Virus record (IMG/VR): IMGVR_UViG_3300003478_000003
Coordinates: 1 to 64,000 of that record
Direction: 5' to 3' (one strand)
Origin: an uncultured virus (IMG/VR IMGVR_UViG_3300003478_000003)
Lineage: Duplodnaviria > Heunggongvirae > Uroviricota > Caudoviricetes
DNA: 64,000 bases
The notes below the pieces were generated by a model, which was not told the DNA's origin, made no database searches, and was given only the letters and a program-made list of their open reading frames with translations. The translations under genes and the position numbers were made by a program. This document shows, one piece after another, positions 17,411 through 26,966 of the stretch; position 1 is the stretch's first letter; each line of letters starts with the position of its first letter.

Positions 17411-18381
17411 TACGCCTCCGAGTAACTTGAGTTTAAAATTTCACTAAATCTTTGAGCGTCATCGCCCAATCTCTGTAGGTTATGTCTGCCACAAAACTTC
17501 ATAAAATGAATCCCTACATTAGTATTTTTCTTCGCTGTAATACCGTTTATAGTTTCATTCATTTGTTCTCTAATATTGTCTGGTTGTTCCATTAAATCAA
17601 TGAGTCTTTTATTGCGCTCGTAATCATCCTTTACTCTATGCTCAATATTGTTATGATCAACCCAACGTTGAAGCATCATATTGTTCCAAGCAAAACCTTG
17701 ATTGGTTCTGTCTTCAAATGCTTCTTTTAATTTGTTCTTTCTAATACGTGGATACGCACTAAAAACGTTATCACTAGCATCACCCCTCATACACTTTTCA
17801 AATAATAACCACTCGGGGTTGGGTATTTCTTTTGGCTCTTTGGTCTTTTTATCTATGACCATGTCGCCTTTCTTATTAAAAATACCATCAATTGTTATTA
17901 GTTGATCGGTAATGCCATTGTATTGTTTAACGTTATCTGTTATAAGTTGATAAAAATCACTATCACTGCTTATAATATAGTGTTCATCAAACGGGTGATT
18001 TTGAATAAATCCCGCAATTAAATCATCTGCTTCTAATACGCTATTTTGTATTACTGAGCAATTTGTTTTATTTTCTAAAAATGTAACAAACTCAGTAAAC
18101 ACTTCCCAAAAGAGTTCATCTTCTTCCTGCTCTCTTTCTGTAAGTGCTTGCCGTGCTACGACCCTATTCTTTTTGTAAGGCTCGTAATAATCTTTACGCC
18201 AACTACGTCCTTCTAAACAAAAGATAACGTGGTCAGTTTTAAATTCTCGCCATACTTTAGCAACACTATTNAGCGTCACGTGTATAGCAAGTCCTAGTTT
18301 AGTGTCAGAATCAACACTCTTTGCTACAACATGCCTTGCTCTAAAAAACATGTTAGCAGTATCAATTAATAGATATCTCAT
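17410..18381 (-). CDS. rnh: T4 RNase H-like 5'-3' exonuclease
   Basis: LLIDTAN, SWRKD.Y..YK.NR, EADD, ISSDSDFYQL, GDASDNV. Confidence 0.85.
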   Translation of the reverse strand: MRYLLIDTANMFFRARHVVAKSVDSDTKLGLAIHVTXNSVAKVWREFKTDHVIFCLEGRSWRKDYYEPYKKNRVVARQALTEREQEEDELFWEVFTEFVTFLENKTNCSVIQNSVLEADDLIAGFIQNHPFDEHYIISSDSDFYQLITDNVKQYNGITDQLITIDGIFNKKGDMVIDKKTKEPKEIPNPEWLLFEKCMRGDASDNVFSAYPRIRKNKLKEAFEDRTNQGFAWNNMMLQRWVDHNNIEHRVKDDYERNKRLIDLMEQPDNIREQMNETINGITAKKNTNVGIHFMKFCGRHNLQRLGDDAQRFSEILNSSYSEA

Positions 18382-18447
18382 AGTAGCACTCTATGGAATT
18401 GAAGTTACGGCCACCCCAGGTGATGGCCGCTGACTTCTGTTGGTGAA

Positions 18448-18681
18448 TTAAGCTTTCTTAGTAAAAAGCCAATATAGGGTTGCAGCTGCTACTAAACCAA
18501 CTAGACCGCTACTACCTAGTGAACTCACTAGTCCTATAATATTACCTACAACATCACCGGGCAAGAACGCCACTGATGGTCCAAAGATTATTTGGACAAT
18601 TACTGCTAAGGCGATTAGTGATACACCAACTTCTGTTAGTTTAGTCACCCACCCTAGTATGTTGTCTACCATGCCAGCCAT
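18448..18681 (-). CDS. small membrane protein (paralogue of 46116-46343)
   Basis: QIIFG..V.F...DVVGNI.GLVSSLGS.GLVGLVA; AGGAGG RBS. Confidence 0.75.
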   Translation of the reverse strand: MAGMVDNILGWVTKLTEVGVSLIALAVIVQIIFGPSVAFLPGDVVGNIIGLVSSLGSSGLVGLVAAATLYWLFTKKA

Positions 18682-18766
18682 ATTATTACCTCCTGAGGTT
18701 TTATTGAATGTGCATAATTGATGCACTGGCAAATCATAATTACATAATTGTAACTATAATCTATAT

Positions 18767-18795
18767 AGTATAACAGATTATACTATCTGTGTCAA
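18767..18795 (-). promoter_or_regulatory. sigma70 promoter
   Basis: TTGACA-N17-TATACT with extended TG. Confidence 0.65.
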
Positions 18796-19368
18796 TCTAT
18801 TCAGCAGAATACGAGCCCATGCTTTGTGAGCGTCTGGACCATAGTATTCTGTGCCTGGATTGAAAAAGAGATTCTGTTTTGTCAATTGAGAAACCATAGT
18901 TTCCTGTGGTTCATACGGACCGATATAAGAATCTCCAAAATCATATCGATTATTTTCCTGAACATTCAGACAATTGACCGTATTAAACATAAGGTGTTTT
19001 GTTTTAGTATTATTTAATTGTTCATGTAATTGTATTACATCTTTTAGTAGGCTTTCATGTCCGCGTAATAAACCATCCCAGTTTTCCCAACCTATTATAG
19101 CGATTACGTCTTGTGGGTGTGGTTTAGTATTAACATACCGCATAGTAGTCGTCATAATAGTTTCATTATTATAATTTGCTTTTGATATATTAAAACTTCC
19201 TATTTTCATTACAGGTGTTATATGTATTTGCCATGCGTTTGTTTTATTATCTGGATGTGGAACATCACCAAGATGCATCCACGATTGATCGTCATGTGCA
19301 TATGAGTAATCATTAACACACTTTACGGCCGCTGTGTGCGCGCCACCAACACAAATAATACTACTCAT
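18778..19368 (-). CDS. degenerate SGNH-hydrolase-like protein
   Basis: Layout resembles SGNH fold (IIGW, YYGPDAHKAWA), but the catalytic Ser/His appear substituted. Confidence 0.45.
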   Translation of the reverse strand: MSSIICVGGAHTAAVKCVNDYSYAHDDQSWMHLGDVPHPDNKTNAWQIHITPVMKIGSFNISKANYNNETIMTTTMRYVNTKPHPQDVIAIIGWENWDGLLRGHESLLKDVIQLHEQLNNTKTKHLMFNTVNCLNVQENNRYDFGDSYIGPYEPQETMVSQLTKQNLFFNPGTEYYGPDAHKAWARILLNRLTQIV

Positions 19369-19576
19369 TTTTCCCGATCCACTTCCAAGCGTCTATCCAT
19401 TTTTTACCAATGTAAATCAATGCTATTAATATTAATAATATAACTGCATCACCATACCAAGGTAAGTCAGTATTAAGACTTACTCCACCTACATTTAATC
19501 CAGTGTCAGGTGCTGTTTGTTCTACGGAAACAGTATTATCGTCAGTATTAATTGTAATAGTCTTGCCTTCACTCAT
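19361..19576 (-). CDS. small membrane protein
   Basis: C-terminal TM helix. Confidence 0.6.
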   Translation of the reverse strand: MSEGKTITINTDDNTVSVEQTAPDTGLNVGGVSLNTDLPWYGDAVILLILIALIYIGKKWIDAWKWIGKNE

Positions 19577-19950
19577 TCGTATTCTCTCCTACCGCCTTCT
19601 ATTTCTTTTCCTTGTACAATGCTTTCTGCAAATACTTCATCATCATATGTTTCTAATGCAATTTGTTTGCACAAGTCTTGGAACCATTGGTCTACTACAT
19701 CTTCATCTGTATCGCCAACTAATCCATGCTTGCGTAACATGGCCGGAAAATGTTCATTCCAGTCTAATTCAAAAGAACCATTGCGTGGATTATCTTCATC
19801 TACTTCCACGTCAACAACAGTAAACCAAGGCTCTTCATCTTTAGTTGCTTGTTCTTTTGGTGTTAGTTTTGTTTTTTTAGGAGCAGATTCTGTTTTTGGT
19901 GCTGGCTTAGGCTTTCTAATTGCCTTCCCTAATTTATCAAATATTCCCAT
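19573..19950 (-). CDS. conserved large-phage hypothetical protein
   Basis: EPWF.V...G.FELDWN..F...VVDQWF..LC. Confidence 0.7.
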   Translation of the reverse strand: MGIFDKLGKAIRKPKPAPKTESAPKKTKLTPKEQATKDEEPWFTVVDVEVDEDNPRNGSFELDWNEHFPAMLRKHGLVGDTDEDVVDQWFQDLCKQIALETYDDEVFAESIVQGKEIEGGRREYE

Positions 19951-20219
19951 TATTGTATTACCTTGCCTTCTTTTTCCTTAATCGCTAATGCCATAGCAAC
20001 TCCCTCGGGTGTTAATGTAACGTAATCTTCATACATTTCTTTCCAAATAGCAGAGGGTTTTATTCCAAGACGTTCTAATAATGATCCAATTGATATTTCA
20101 GTTAAGCCTTCTTTTTTACATTCTAATAAAACTTGTAACATGAGTTCTTCTACCTTTGGATCTCCTTGCTCCATCGGTAAGTTACTTAAATATTCTGGTA
20201 AGTCCATTACGTTCCCCAT
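19950..20219 (-). CDS. hypothetical protein
   Basis: 89 aa, coupled to neighbours. Confidence 0.6.
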   Translation of the reverse strand: MGNVMDLPEYLSNLPMEQGDPKVEELMLQVLLECKKEGLTEISIGSLLERLGIKPSAIWKEMYEDYVTLTPEGVAMALAIKEKEGKVIQ

Positions 20220-21031
20220 GCGTTTCCGAATAAGTCGGAATGTAGTCTTGGACTGTATTTTAGTCCATATTTCATTGCTAGATCTGCAACGTGGCGTGAA
20301 TTAAAAGAGTAATCTTCATAGCATCCGCCTACTGGCATTACATACACTGGACATTCTACTCCAGCACTTCTGTATGCCTCAACAGCCTCCAACACTTCAT
20401 AAATACCCTCTTCATTATCTATCACGAATTTAAAATACATATCTGATTTCTGAACAGCAGAGTATTCTTTCGCTATCTCTGGATTAATAGCATCCGACCA
20501 CTTTTCGCCACTTGTTGATAGTTTAGGACTACAGGACCAAGTGATCCATGGCCTGTTTGTGCTTGCGAAAAAGTCATTCCATCGTAATGGCTGTGTGGTA
20601 TTTGTCTCAAATGTCATATGCTTTAAACTAGACATCATTGGGTCCTTGAATAATGTCGGATATATACGTTGCCATAGCATAGGCTCACCACCTGTTACAA
20701 CTAAATGTATTTCTTCCCACTGGTTGCGTGGTGTTATGCTTAATAAATCTATTACTACATCGTCTATCGTAGTTGTTGTAGCAAACCGTTTAAAACGTGG
20801 ATCCCAACTAGCATAACTATCACAACCTGTTTTAACTAATGGTAATCCATCCATTGATGTATAATCATCTGGATTAATCCAATTACGTTCTTCGCTTAAT
20901 TGTCCTGCTGGCATTCCAAAGCCTTGGCATTTGAAGTTACAACCAAATAAACGTAGGAAAACACTCGGAGTCCCTACCCATCTACCTTCGCCTTGCAGGC
21001 TGTAGAATATTTCAGTATATCTAACTTTCAT
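20207..21031 (-). CDS. queE: 7-carboxy-7-deazaguanine synthase (radical SAM)
   Basis: EIFYSLQGEG, FLRLFGCNFKC...GCDS, TGGEP, ETN, CSPKL, SPRLH. Confidence 0.9.
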   Translation of the reverse strand: MKVRYTEIFYSLQGEGRWVGTPSVFLRLFGCNFKCQGFGMPAGQLSEERNWINPDDYTSMDGLPLVKTGCDSYASWDPRFKRFATTTTIDDVVIDLLSITPRNQWEEIHLVVTGGEPMLWQRIYPTLFKDPMMSSLKHMTFETNTTQPLRWNDFFASTNRPWITWSCSPKLSTSGEKWSDAINPEIAKEYSAVQKSDMYFKFVIDNEEGIYEVLEAVEAYRSAGVECPVYVMPVGGCYEDYSFNSRHVADLAMKYGLKYSPRLHSDLFGNAWGT

Positions 21032-21296
21032 TTTTCTTTCCTTTAGATTTATTCCATTCTTCTAACCATTCTTCATGCGTGACCATGTAGTGTGGACCGA
21101 TAATAAATCTCTTTGCTAAAAGCCGTTCTTTTTCGCGTTCTTTCTCTCTTTCAGGATACTCATTTACTATTATAACAATATTTTTGAGATTGTCAATGGT
21201 ATTTGCNTCATANGGAGACCTATAATAATGCCGCTCATTAAGNTTATCTAAACATCTTTGAGCAAGCTCTTTAATATCTTCCAAGTCATCGCGCAT
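21021..21296 (-). CDS. hypothetical protein
   Basis: 91 aa; contains three ambiguous bases. Confidence 0.5.
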   Translation of the reverse strand: MRDDLEDIKELAQRCLDXLNERHYYRSXYXANTIDNLKNIVIIVNEYPEREKEREKERLLAKRFIIGPHYMVTHEEWLEEWNKSKGKKNES

Positions 21297-21302
21297 AACT
21301 TT

Positions 21303-22139
21303 CTATGTACCTTTTAAGCGTTGTAGAGATCTACGGTGCACCATCCATGGCAGATCGATTTCATACAATCTCTCCCAATCTGGAAAACCAATTGGTAATA
21401 CTTGTAGCCATAATACTCTGAGTTCTTCCAGCAAGTCCCAACGCATCTTGTTAGACTCTAGGTCTAAATAACTTAACATAATAGTTATAGAATCTTTAAA
21501 CTTATATTCATCTAGAATGCTTGACATATCGAATACGTGATAATGTTTTGATTTTCGCGCAAGATTCGAGTTTTCGGTATACTCGCAGGGTTTCTGTCTT
21601 ATATCCAAAATCCATTTATAATTTTTGAGGAAAATAGTTTTATGGTTTTCATATTTAAAATATGGATCATGACTCATGATAGAGTGTACTAAGGCAAAAT
21701 AATAGATATCCTGCTTTGTTAACATAGACCACACATTCAATTCTGATCTAATTGAGGAATTGGGATCATCAGGTTTTTCGCAATGACCGAATACTTCTCC
21801 CCTTACGTGTTTTAAGTCAAAGTCAGGATCAAGTCGTAAATCTTTAGCATCAAATCCACCAGTAATATTTTGATCTATAAATTCCATATGTTGTTTTTTT
21901 TTCATACTTAATAAAAACAATGCTTTAATACAATTATAACTTTTCTCAGGCGTCAATTTTCCGTTCATTTTTGCATTCGCCAAAACTTTGCACGGTAATA
22001 TTACTTTAGGATGCATGCCTAGGCAGTTAACAATAAATCTAGCACCTGTCCATGGATGAAAAGGTATTACAATAAGTTTGTCCGTTTTTCTGTTAATTAA
22101 ATCTTCATCAGCTAATCTCATTTTTTCATTACCTTGCAT
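21303..22139 (-). CDS. hypothetical protein, possibly sulfotransferase/P-loop-like
   Basis: N-terminal PWTGARFIVNCL..HP resembles the PSB region of sulfotransferase-like phage proteins; weak. Confidence 0.45.
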   Translation of the reverse strand: MQGNEKMRLADEDLINRKTDKLIVIPFHPWTGARFIVNCLGMHPKVILPCKVLANAKMNGKLTPEKSYNCIKALFLLSMKKKQHMEFIDQNITGGFDAKDLRLDPDFDLKHVRGEVFGHCEKPDDPNSSIRSELNVWSMLTKQDIYYFALVHSIMSHDPYFKYENHKTIFLKNYKWILDIRQKPCEYTENSNLARKSKHYHVFDMSSILDEYKFKDSITIMLSYLDLESNKMRWDLLEELRVLWLQVLPIGFPDWERLYEIDLPWMVHRRSLQRLKGT

Positions 22140-23301
22140 AACTTTCTATGCCGCCTTCTCTGTGTATGTCTAGTGTTAAACAATGTAATCCACCATCCCA
22201 AAAGAATCTATGTCTAAACGGTGCTACTATGGGTTCTATATTGTGTGATCTAAACCACTTAAACAAATCTTTGTTCTCTGTAATACATAATACAGTTTCT
22301 GGGTTGATCACTAACACATTAACGTCCCATACAGTTTCCTCGCAAAAGCCTACCCATTCTGAAAACCACGCATCCACAAAATCAATTAATTCATCATTGT
22401 GCTCTTCACCTGGCACCCACCATTTTCCATTTACTTTTTCTCTAATCTCCAAAAATGGAGACATATCCGGCCATTGAGCATCAGGCAAGTAAAATACATC
22501 CCAATTTGGAAAGTATTTTTTAAAATTTAAAGCTTCTCCATTGCTAATCCAAGCACCAGGTTTAATTGGATTATAAATTCCATCACTATGCCCATCATTG
22601 AAAGCAGTTATGATTTTATAATCTTTAAATCGTTCTTTAAAATATCTGTATGTTGGACTAGGTAATCCATCTAAAATAATAGTGTCTCCTAATCTAATAA
22701 TGTTTGGTCCGTTACTGATACAATTTTCAATATTAATTGGAAACTCTTTAATTACTTCTCCGTCATATCCTTCAATTTCTTCAAATAAGTTTTCATAAAA
22801 TATAGCCGAAGAACAGCCAGCTCCATATGATTTAGAATATAACTCCCGATCAATTGACCTAAGTTTATACATTGTATCATCTACAACAATTTGATCATCA
22901 CGGGGAAATAATGGTGGCCGAGTCAATGTTCCGGGGTCAGCATATATATCATAAGAATTGAGCCAATTCTGAACCCCTTGCTTATCTATTAATCGTGGGA
23001 AATATCTTAAAACTTCATCAATATTTACATTTAACTCATCATCAACACACGCACCGCCGACTTTATATATGTTGTAAATATGATCAAAATCGAATATTCT
23101 TGGACGTTTAACTGTGACATTATAATTCTCTAGTATTTCACGTATGTTATCTAAATCTTCTATAGTTTCTTCTGTTATTTGTCTAAGAATATTTTTTACT
23201 TTTTTGTTATCAACATAATCAAAAAAGTCAGGACGATAACAGTCACCAAGCCAACATTCAACTAATGGCTGAAATCCTGTATTGCAATTTATTATAGCCA
23301 A
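22129..23301 (-). CDS. arginine:amine amidinotransferase family protein, copy 2
   Basis: PLVECWLG, PRD, GHSDG, DVNVL, FWDGGLHCLTLD catalytic Cys. Confidence 0.85.
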   Translation of the reverse strand: MAIINCNTGFQPLVECWLGDCYRPDFFDYVDNKKVKNILRQITEETIEDLDNIREILENYNVTVKRPRIFDFDHIYNIYKVGGACVDDELNVNIDEVLRYFPRLIDKQGVQNWLNSYDIYADPGTLTRPPLFPRDDQIVVDDTMYKLRSIDRELYSKSYGAGCSSAIFYENLFEEIEGYDGEVIKEFPINIENCISNGPNIIRLGDTIILDGLPSPTYRYFKERFKDYKIITAFNDGHSDGIYNPIKPGAWISNGEALNFKKYFPNWDVFYLPDAQWPDMSPFLEIREKVNGKWWVPGEEHNDELIDFVDAWFSEWVGFCEETVWDVNVLVINPETVLCITENKDLFKWFRSHNIEPIVAPFRHRFFWDGGLHCLTLDIHREGGIESYAR

Positions 23302-23768
23302 CCTTTAAAGCCAGCGTCAGGGTTAGTATAAATGGAACTGTTCTTGTCATTTTCTCTTGCTTCTACACTAATAACCCATGCTCGTCCTCTTGTTCGTTCC
23401 CGCAACCATTCATCTGCCCACATACAAATACGGAATGCTGTGCCTTCCATACCCGGACCTTCTTCTTGCACAATTAACTTACATACTCCTGCATCGTGCA
23501 TTGCTTGGAATGTTTCCATCCACGGATCATCATGATCAACTACAAATGTATGATCATAATTTTCATCTAACCATTGTTTTACTCCATCCAAGTCACCATA
23601 GTCGACAAGAAACCCTTCCTTTGTCATTGTCTGTGCACCAAATACAAAATGAAAACTACGACTATAGCCGTGTATCAAATGACAATTTCCGTCGTGCTTA
23701 TGTTGTCTATGAGCACATGGAAAATTATAAAAACTCTTTGTTGATGTAAACTCTGGAACGTCACTCAT
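23292..23768 (-). CDS. queD: 6-carboxy-5,6,7,8-tetrahydropterin synthase
   Basis: CAHRQ, CHLIHGYS (CxxxHG), VDYG, YDHT, EN..NS. Confidence 0.85.
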   Translation of the reverse strand: MSDVPEFTSTKSFYNFPCAHRQHKHDGNCHLIHGYSRSFHFVFGAQTMTKEGFLVDYGDLDGVKQWLDENYDHTFVVDHDDPWMETFQAMHDAGVCKLIVQEEGPGMEGTAFRICMWADEWLRERTRGRAWVISVEARENDKNSSIYTNPDAGFKGWL

Positions 23769-23778
23769 TACATATCTC

Positions 23779-24336
23779 CTATAATATATGTGCGTGTTCT
23801 AACGCTTCATATGCAAACCAAATACCAAATAATAAAAATGTATATCTTGTAATATTAAATAAATTATGTTGTATTATTTTTCTTTTCATTATTATTGGTG
23901 TTGCTATTACTACGACCACTATTGCTATTATAGCACCAATTAACTTAGATGTAAAGTCTCCTGTATCCATAAACAAGAATGTATTAATCTCCATACTCTC
24001 ACGGAAATAGATAATAAATATCGCACTTGCACCTGCAAATACTCCAATACCTTTCCGTGCTTCTTTAACATGTTTACTAATATGTTCCTGTATGTTTTTC
24101 GAATTAAAAAACAGATACAACATTAATAATGCGAGCACACCGTACGTTGCCCACTCATACGGTTCAAGTATCTCACCTAGAATATAACCTCCACTAACGC
24201 CTGTAATAAGTCCTGCTATAGCAGATAATATTATTGGCATTGTAATAGTTAGTGAACCTATTATTAAATAGGTTAAGAATACTATTTCTAATACTTCTCT
24301 ACCTACATATACAAAACCACTAATTATATTTTCCAT
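23779..24336 (-). CDS. FTR1-family iron permease-like membrane protein
   Basis: Multi-TM protein with two RExxE motifs (GREVLE, FRESME). Confidence 0.65.
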   Translation of the reverse strand: MENIISGFVYVGREVLEIVFLTYLIIGSLTITMPIILSAIAGLITGVSGGYILGEILEPYEWATYGVLALLMLYLFFNSKNIQEHISKHVKEARKGIGVFAGASAIFIIYFRESMEINTFLFMDTGDFTSKLIGAIIAIVVVVIATPIIMKRKIIQHNLFNITRYTFLLFGIWFAYEALEHAHIL

Positions 24337-24539
24337 TACATTTTCCTATCATGATTATGAAAAACTGGGTGTATTACTATAAGAAAATAAAGCATTGATC
24401 CAAAGGGCATAAAACATATCATACCAATTGCCCATAGCATTTTACGTCCAAACGTCATTTCTCTGTGGTATAATTCCCATAGTGTATATACTGCCAATGC
24501 TAAACCAAATGCCACTCCAAATTCCATCATAATTGACAT
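24336..24539 (-). CDS. PLDc_N-like small membrane protein
   Basis: K.LW....P.G...YF two-helix pattern. Confidence 0.55.
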   Translation of the reverse strand: MSIMMEFGVAFGLALAVYTLWELYHREMTFGRKMLWAIGMICFMPFGSMLYFLIVIHPVFHNHDRKM

Positions 24540-24607
24540 CCTGCCAAATCAAAACATAATATTACTACTACTATTATGCCTAATATGTATTGTGTTCTTT
24601 GTTTCAT
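24527..24607 (-). CDS. 26-aa peptide with lipobox-like LAGC (not in ORF track)
   Basis: MKQRTQYILGIIVVVILCFDLAGCQL; TAATG coupling upstream and ATGA coupling downstream. Confidence 0.45.
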   Translation of the reverse strand: MKQRTQYILGIIVVVILCFDLAGCQL

Positions 24608-25161
24608 TACCAATTCCTATAATACCACCAACATTCCCATGGGAATACAACCCACGATGGGTCTTCTATTTTGTTAATTGAACGAGCAGAATATTTTACA
24701 TCCTTAAACTCACTACCTTCATTGTCAATTAATACGGCAAATCTAATATTCCGCCGCCACAATGCTTTGTTTTCTGCTGGCATATGTACATATGCCAGCG
24801 CTGGCATATGTACTGCCTCGCCATATAAATGTGGCTCTATAGTGTTCTCCCAATCATTTACCATCCATTGGAAAGTTGCGCCAGTGTCATTTATATCATC
24901 TATGATAAGAATTTGTTTGCCTTCCAGTGCATCTAATGGTATTTCAGGATTAGATTGTTGTTGTACATTATCGCGCAACCTAACATCTTGTATAACCATA
25001 GGACGATTAAGATAATGACTTAGCATTACCGCAGGTAATAAACCACCTCGCGGTATGCCCACTATATAATCAGGTGTCCAGTTGTCTGTATTCATTTGAT
25101 AACAAATATCTAATACATATGACTTAACATCTTGCGTATCAGTATCTATAATTTTAGTCAT
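24607..25161 (-). CDS. purine phosphoribosyltransferase (Gpt-like type I PRT)
   Basis: VGIPRGGL, PRPP loop ILIIDDINDTGAT, WVVFPWE. Confidence 0.85.
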   Translation of the reverse strand: MTKIIDTDTQDVKSYVLDICYQMNTDNWTPDYIVGIPRGGLLPAVMLSHYLNRPMVIQDVRLRDNVQQQSNPEIPLDALEGKQILIIDDINDTGATFQWMVNDWENTIEPHLYGEAVHMPALAYVHMPAENKALWRRNIRFAVLIDNEGSEFKDVKYSARSINKIEDPSWVVFPWECWWYYRNW

Positions 25162-25838
25162 ACTCTGTGTACCAATTGCATAAACTCTGCTCTGTGTGCT
25201 GTATCTGTTTTATACCGCCCACCTAGTTTGCTTGTAATAGTAAATGAACCTGTGTCCTCTACTCCTCTATGCTTAACACAGAAGTGAGCGGCATCAATTA
25301 TCACAGCAACTTCTGGTGTATCTAAGATATAACTGAGTGCGTGATAAATTTGTTCTGTTAAACGTTCTTGTATTTGTGGTCGTTTAGAAAAGTATTCTAC
25401 AATCCTGTTTAACTTGCTTAAACCTAATACTTTTTGATTTGGAATATAACCTACGTGTGCTTTACCGTCTATAGCAACTAGATGATGCTCGCAAAAAGAA
25501 GACACTTGTATGTTCCTTTCTACAACCATCTCATCGTAGTCTATTTTGTTTGCTACTGCTGTGCATTTAGGGAATGTATCTGGATGTAATCCCCAAAATA
25601 TTTCGTTGACATACATTTTAGCAACACGTTTAGGCGTGTCAAGTAAACTGTCGTCTGATAAATCCATCCCCACAATCTCAAGAACCTCTCGCATTCTGCT
25701 TTCAATTGCTTCAATCTTATCTGTTCTTGACAGAGTATACAGATTTGAGGTGACAGGCGTTTCAAGGCCTAATGCTGATAAATGTGCGTGGACTTGCTGA
25801 CCCAACTCAGGGTCAGTCTTTGTTTTGTTATAACTCAT
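25158..25838 (-). CDS. folE: GTP cyclohydrolase I
   Basis: TPKRVAKMY, CEHH, GLSKLNR, QIQERLT, H.C...RGV. Confidence 0.95.
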   Translation of the reverse strand: MSYNKTKTDPELGQQVHAHLSALGLETPVTSNLYTLSRTDKIEAIESRMREVLEIVGMDLSDDSLLDTPKRVAKMYVNEIFWGLHPDTFPKCTAVANKIDYDEMVVERNIQVSSFCEHHLVAIDGKAHVGYIPNQKVLGLSKLNRIVEYFSKRPQIQERLTEQIYHALSYILDTPEVAVIIDAAHFCVKHRGVEDTGSFTITSKLGGRYKTDTAHRAEFMQLVHRV

Positions 25839-25895
25839 TTTCCTTCCTTACTCGGTTGTTGTTTTACATCAGTTACCTTTGTGTAACTCTACTAA

Positions 25896-25903
25896 TATTT
25901 ATA
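25896..25903 (-). promoter_or_regulatory. T4-like late promoter upstream of folE
   Basis: Exact TATAAATA on the minus strand. Confidence 0.55.
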
Positions 25904-26966
25904 TGTCTAGAATGTTGTCAAACATAATATCGGCACTTAAGAAATTATGTGTTAATACCTCTACTTGTTCATCCAAGTATTCTTTTTTCACAATGTCATA
26001 GTTATCACATAATTCCACAACAAAATTTTCTAAATCTTTTTTATGCTCTAGATAGTTACCATAACTTTCAGTCCATATACTTGGATACTTAAATACATCC
26101 TTGTACATTTCACTATAACTTGCTCTGTCCGGAACGATAGGAATAGCACCTGCTAAACATCCTTCCATCATACTAATACCCAAATTCTCATGTAGGCTAC
26201 AACTAAACACCGCCTTTGCTCGCCCCATTTCTTCGTAGTATTTTTCTTTACTTAAATCTAACTGCTGAGTAATTAAAACACTATACGGACGTAAATTAAG
26301 ATCTTCTACAATTTCAGGCTGTTTATCCTCGTTATAACGATGCGGCCACATAATAGTATCTTGTTTCGGGTTATCATAATACTGTTGTAATTGTTTTACA
26401 ATAGGATTATGTGGTTGCCCACTACGTATCGCCTTGTTGTGATATATGTCAGGTATTTCCAAGTTGTGTAAAAATATGTTTTTGTGGAAATTACTTGCAT
26501 AATAATTATAGTCACATGCCATATACCACGCTTTTTCTTGTAAGTGTGGCCATGGTTTGGACATCTTTAAACCCAATATGTCAGTTGGATCGTATGCGCC
26601 TGCATGCCAAATACCGTGTATCTCTACAGGTATGTCAAGCAGTTCGCTCATATATTTGATGGGCGTTACTATGAAGTTCCAAGCATCAGTAATAAGGAAT
26701 TTGTCGTCGGGGAGGATGAGACCCTTACTAAACAATTCACTTACTTGCGCGGTTTGGCTAGCCTTGTACTCATTTGTTTTTCCGAAGTCAAGGAACGCAC
26801 CGCTGGTGGTTTTATCTTCAACAGTAACCCCATCAATAGTTTCTACACAATATTCTAAATTGTGTTCGGCTATCTTCTCATTGAGAAGTGATGGAATATT
26901 ATCGTACCATTGTTTTGTATAGCGTTGATCTATAGGTTCAATGGGTATAATATAAATTGTATTCAT
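25899..26966 (-). CDS. GT-B (GT4-like) glycosyltransferase
   Basis: HR...KQPE, S..ENLGISMMEG...GAIPIVPD..SY.E (Ex7E motif). Confidence 0.8.
   Translation of the reverse strand: MNTIYIIPIEPIDQRYTKQWYDNIPSLLNEKIAEHNLEYCVETIDGVTVEDKTTSGAFLDFGKTNEYKASQTAQVSELFSKGLILPDDKFLITDAWNFIVTPIKYMSELLDIPVEIHGIWHAGAYDPTDILGLKMSKPWPHLQEKAWYMACDYNYYASNFHKNIFLHNLEIPDIYHNKAIRSGQPHNPIVKQLQQYYDNPKQDTIMWPHRYNEDKQPEIVEDLNLRPYSVLITQQLDLSKEKYYEEMGRAKAVFSCSLHENLGISMMEGCLAGAIPIVPDRASYSEMYKDVFKYPSIWTESYGNYLEHKKDLENFVVELCDNYDIVKKEYLDEQVEVLTHNFLSADIMFDNILDI

Noticed and set aside
12082..21243. Ambiguous N bases (12082, 18271 and three near 21208-21243) as programmed variation or DGR targets
   Set aside because: Most likely consensus ambiguity from a mixed population; no reverse transcriptase or template/variable repeat pair seen.
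25845..25895. preQ1 riboswitch upstream of folE
   Set aside because: There is a hairpin plus an A-rich tail, but the loop lacks the preQ1-I consensus and no convincing pseudoknot pairing is visible.
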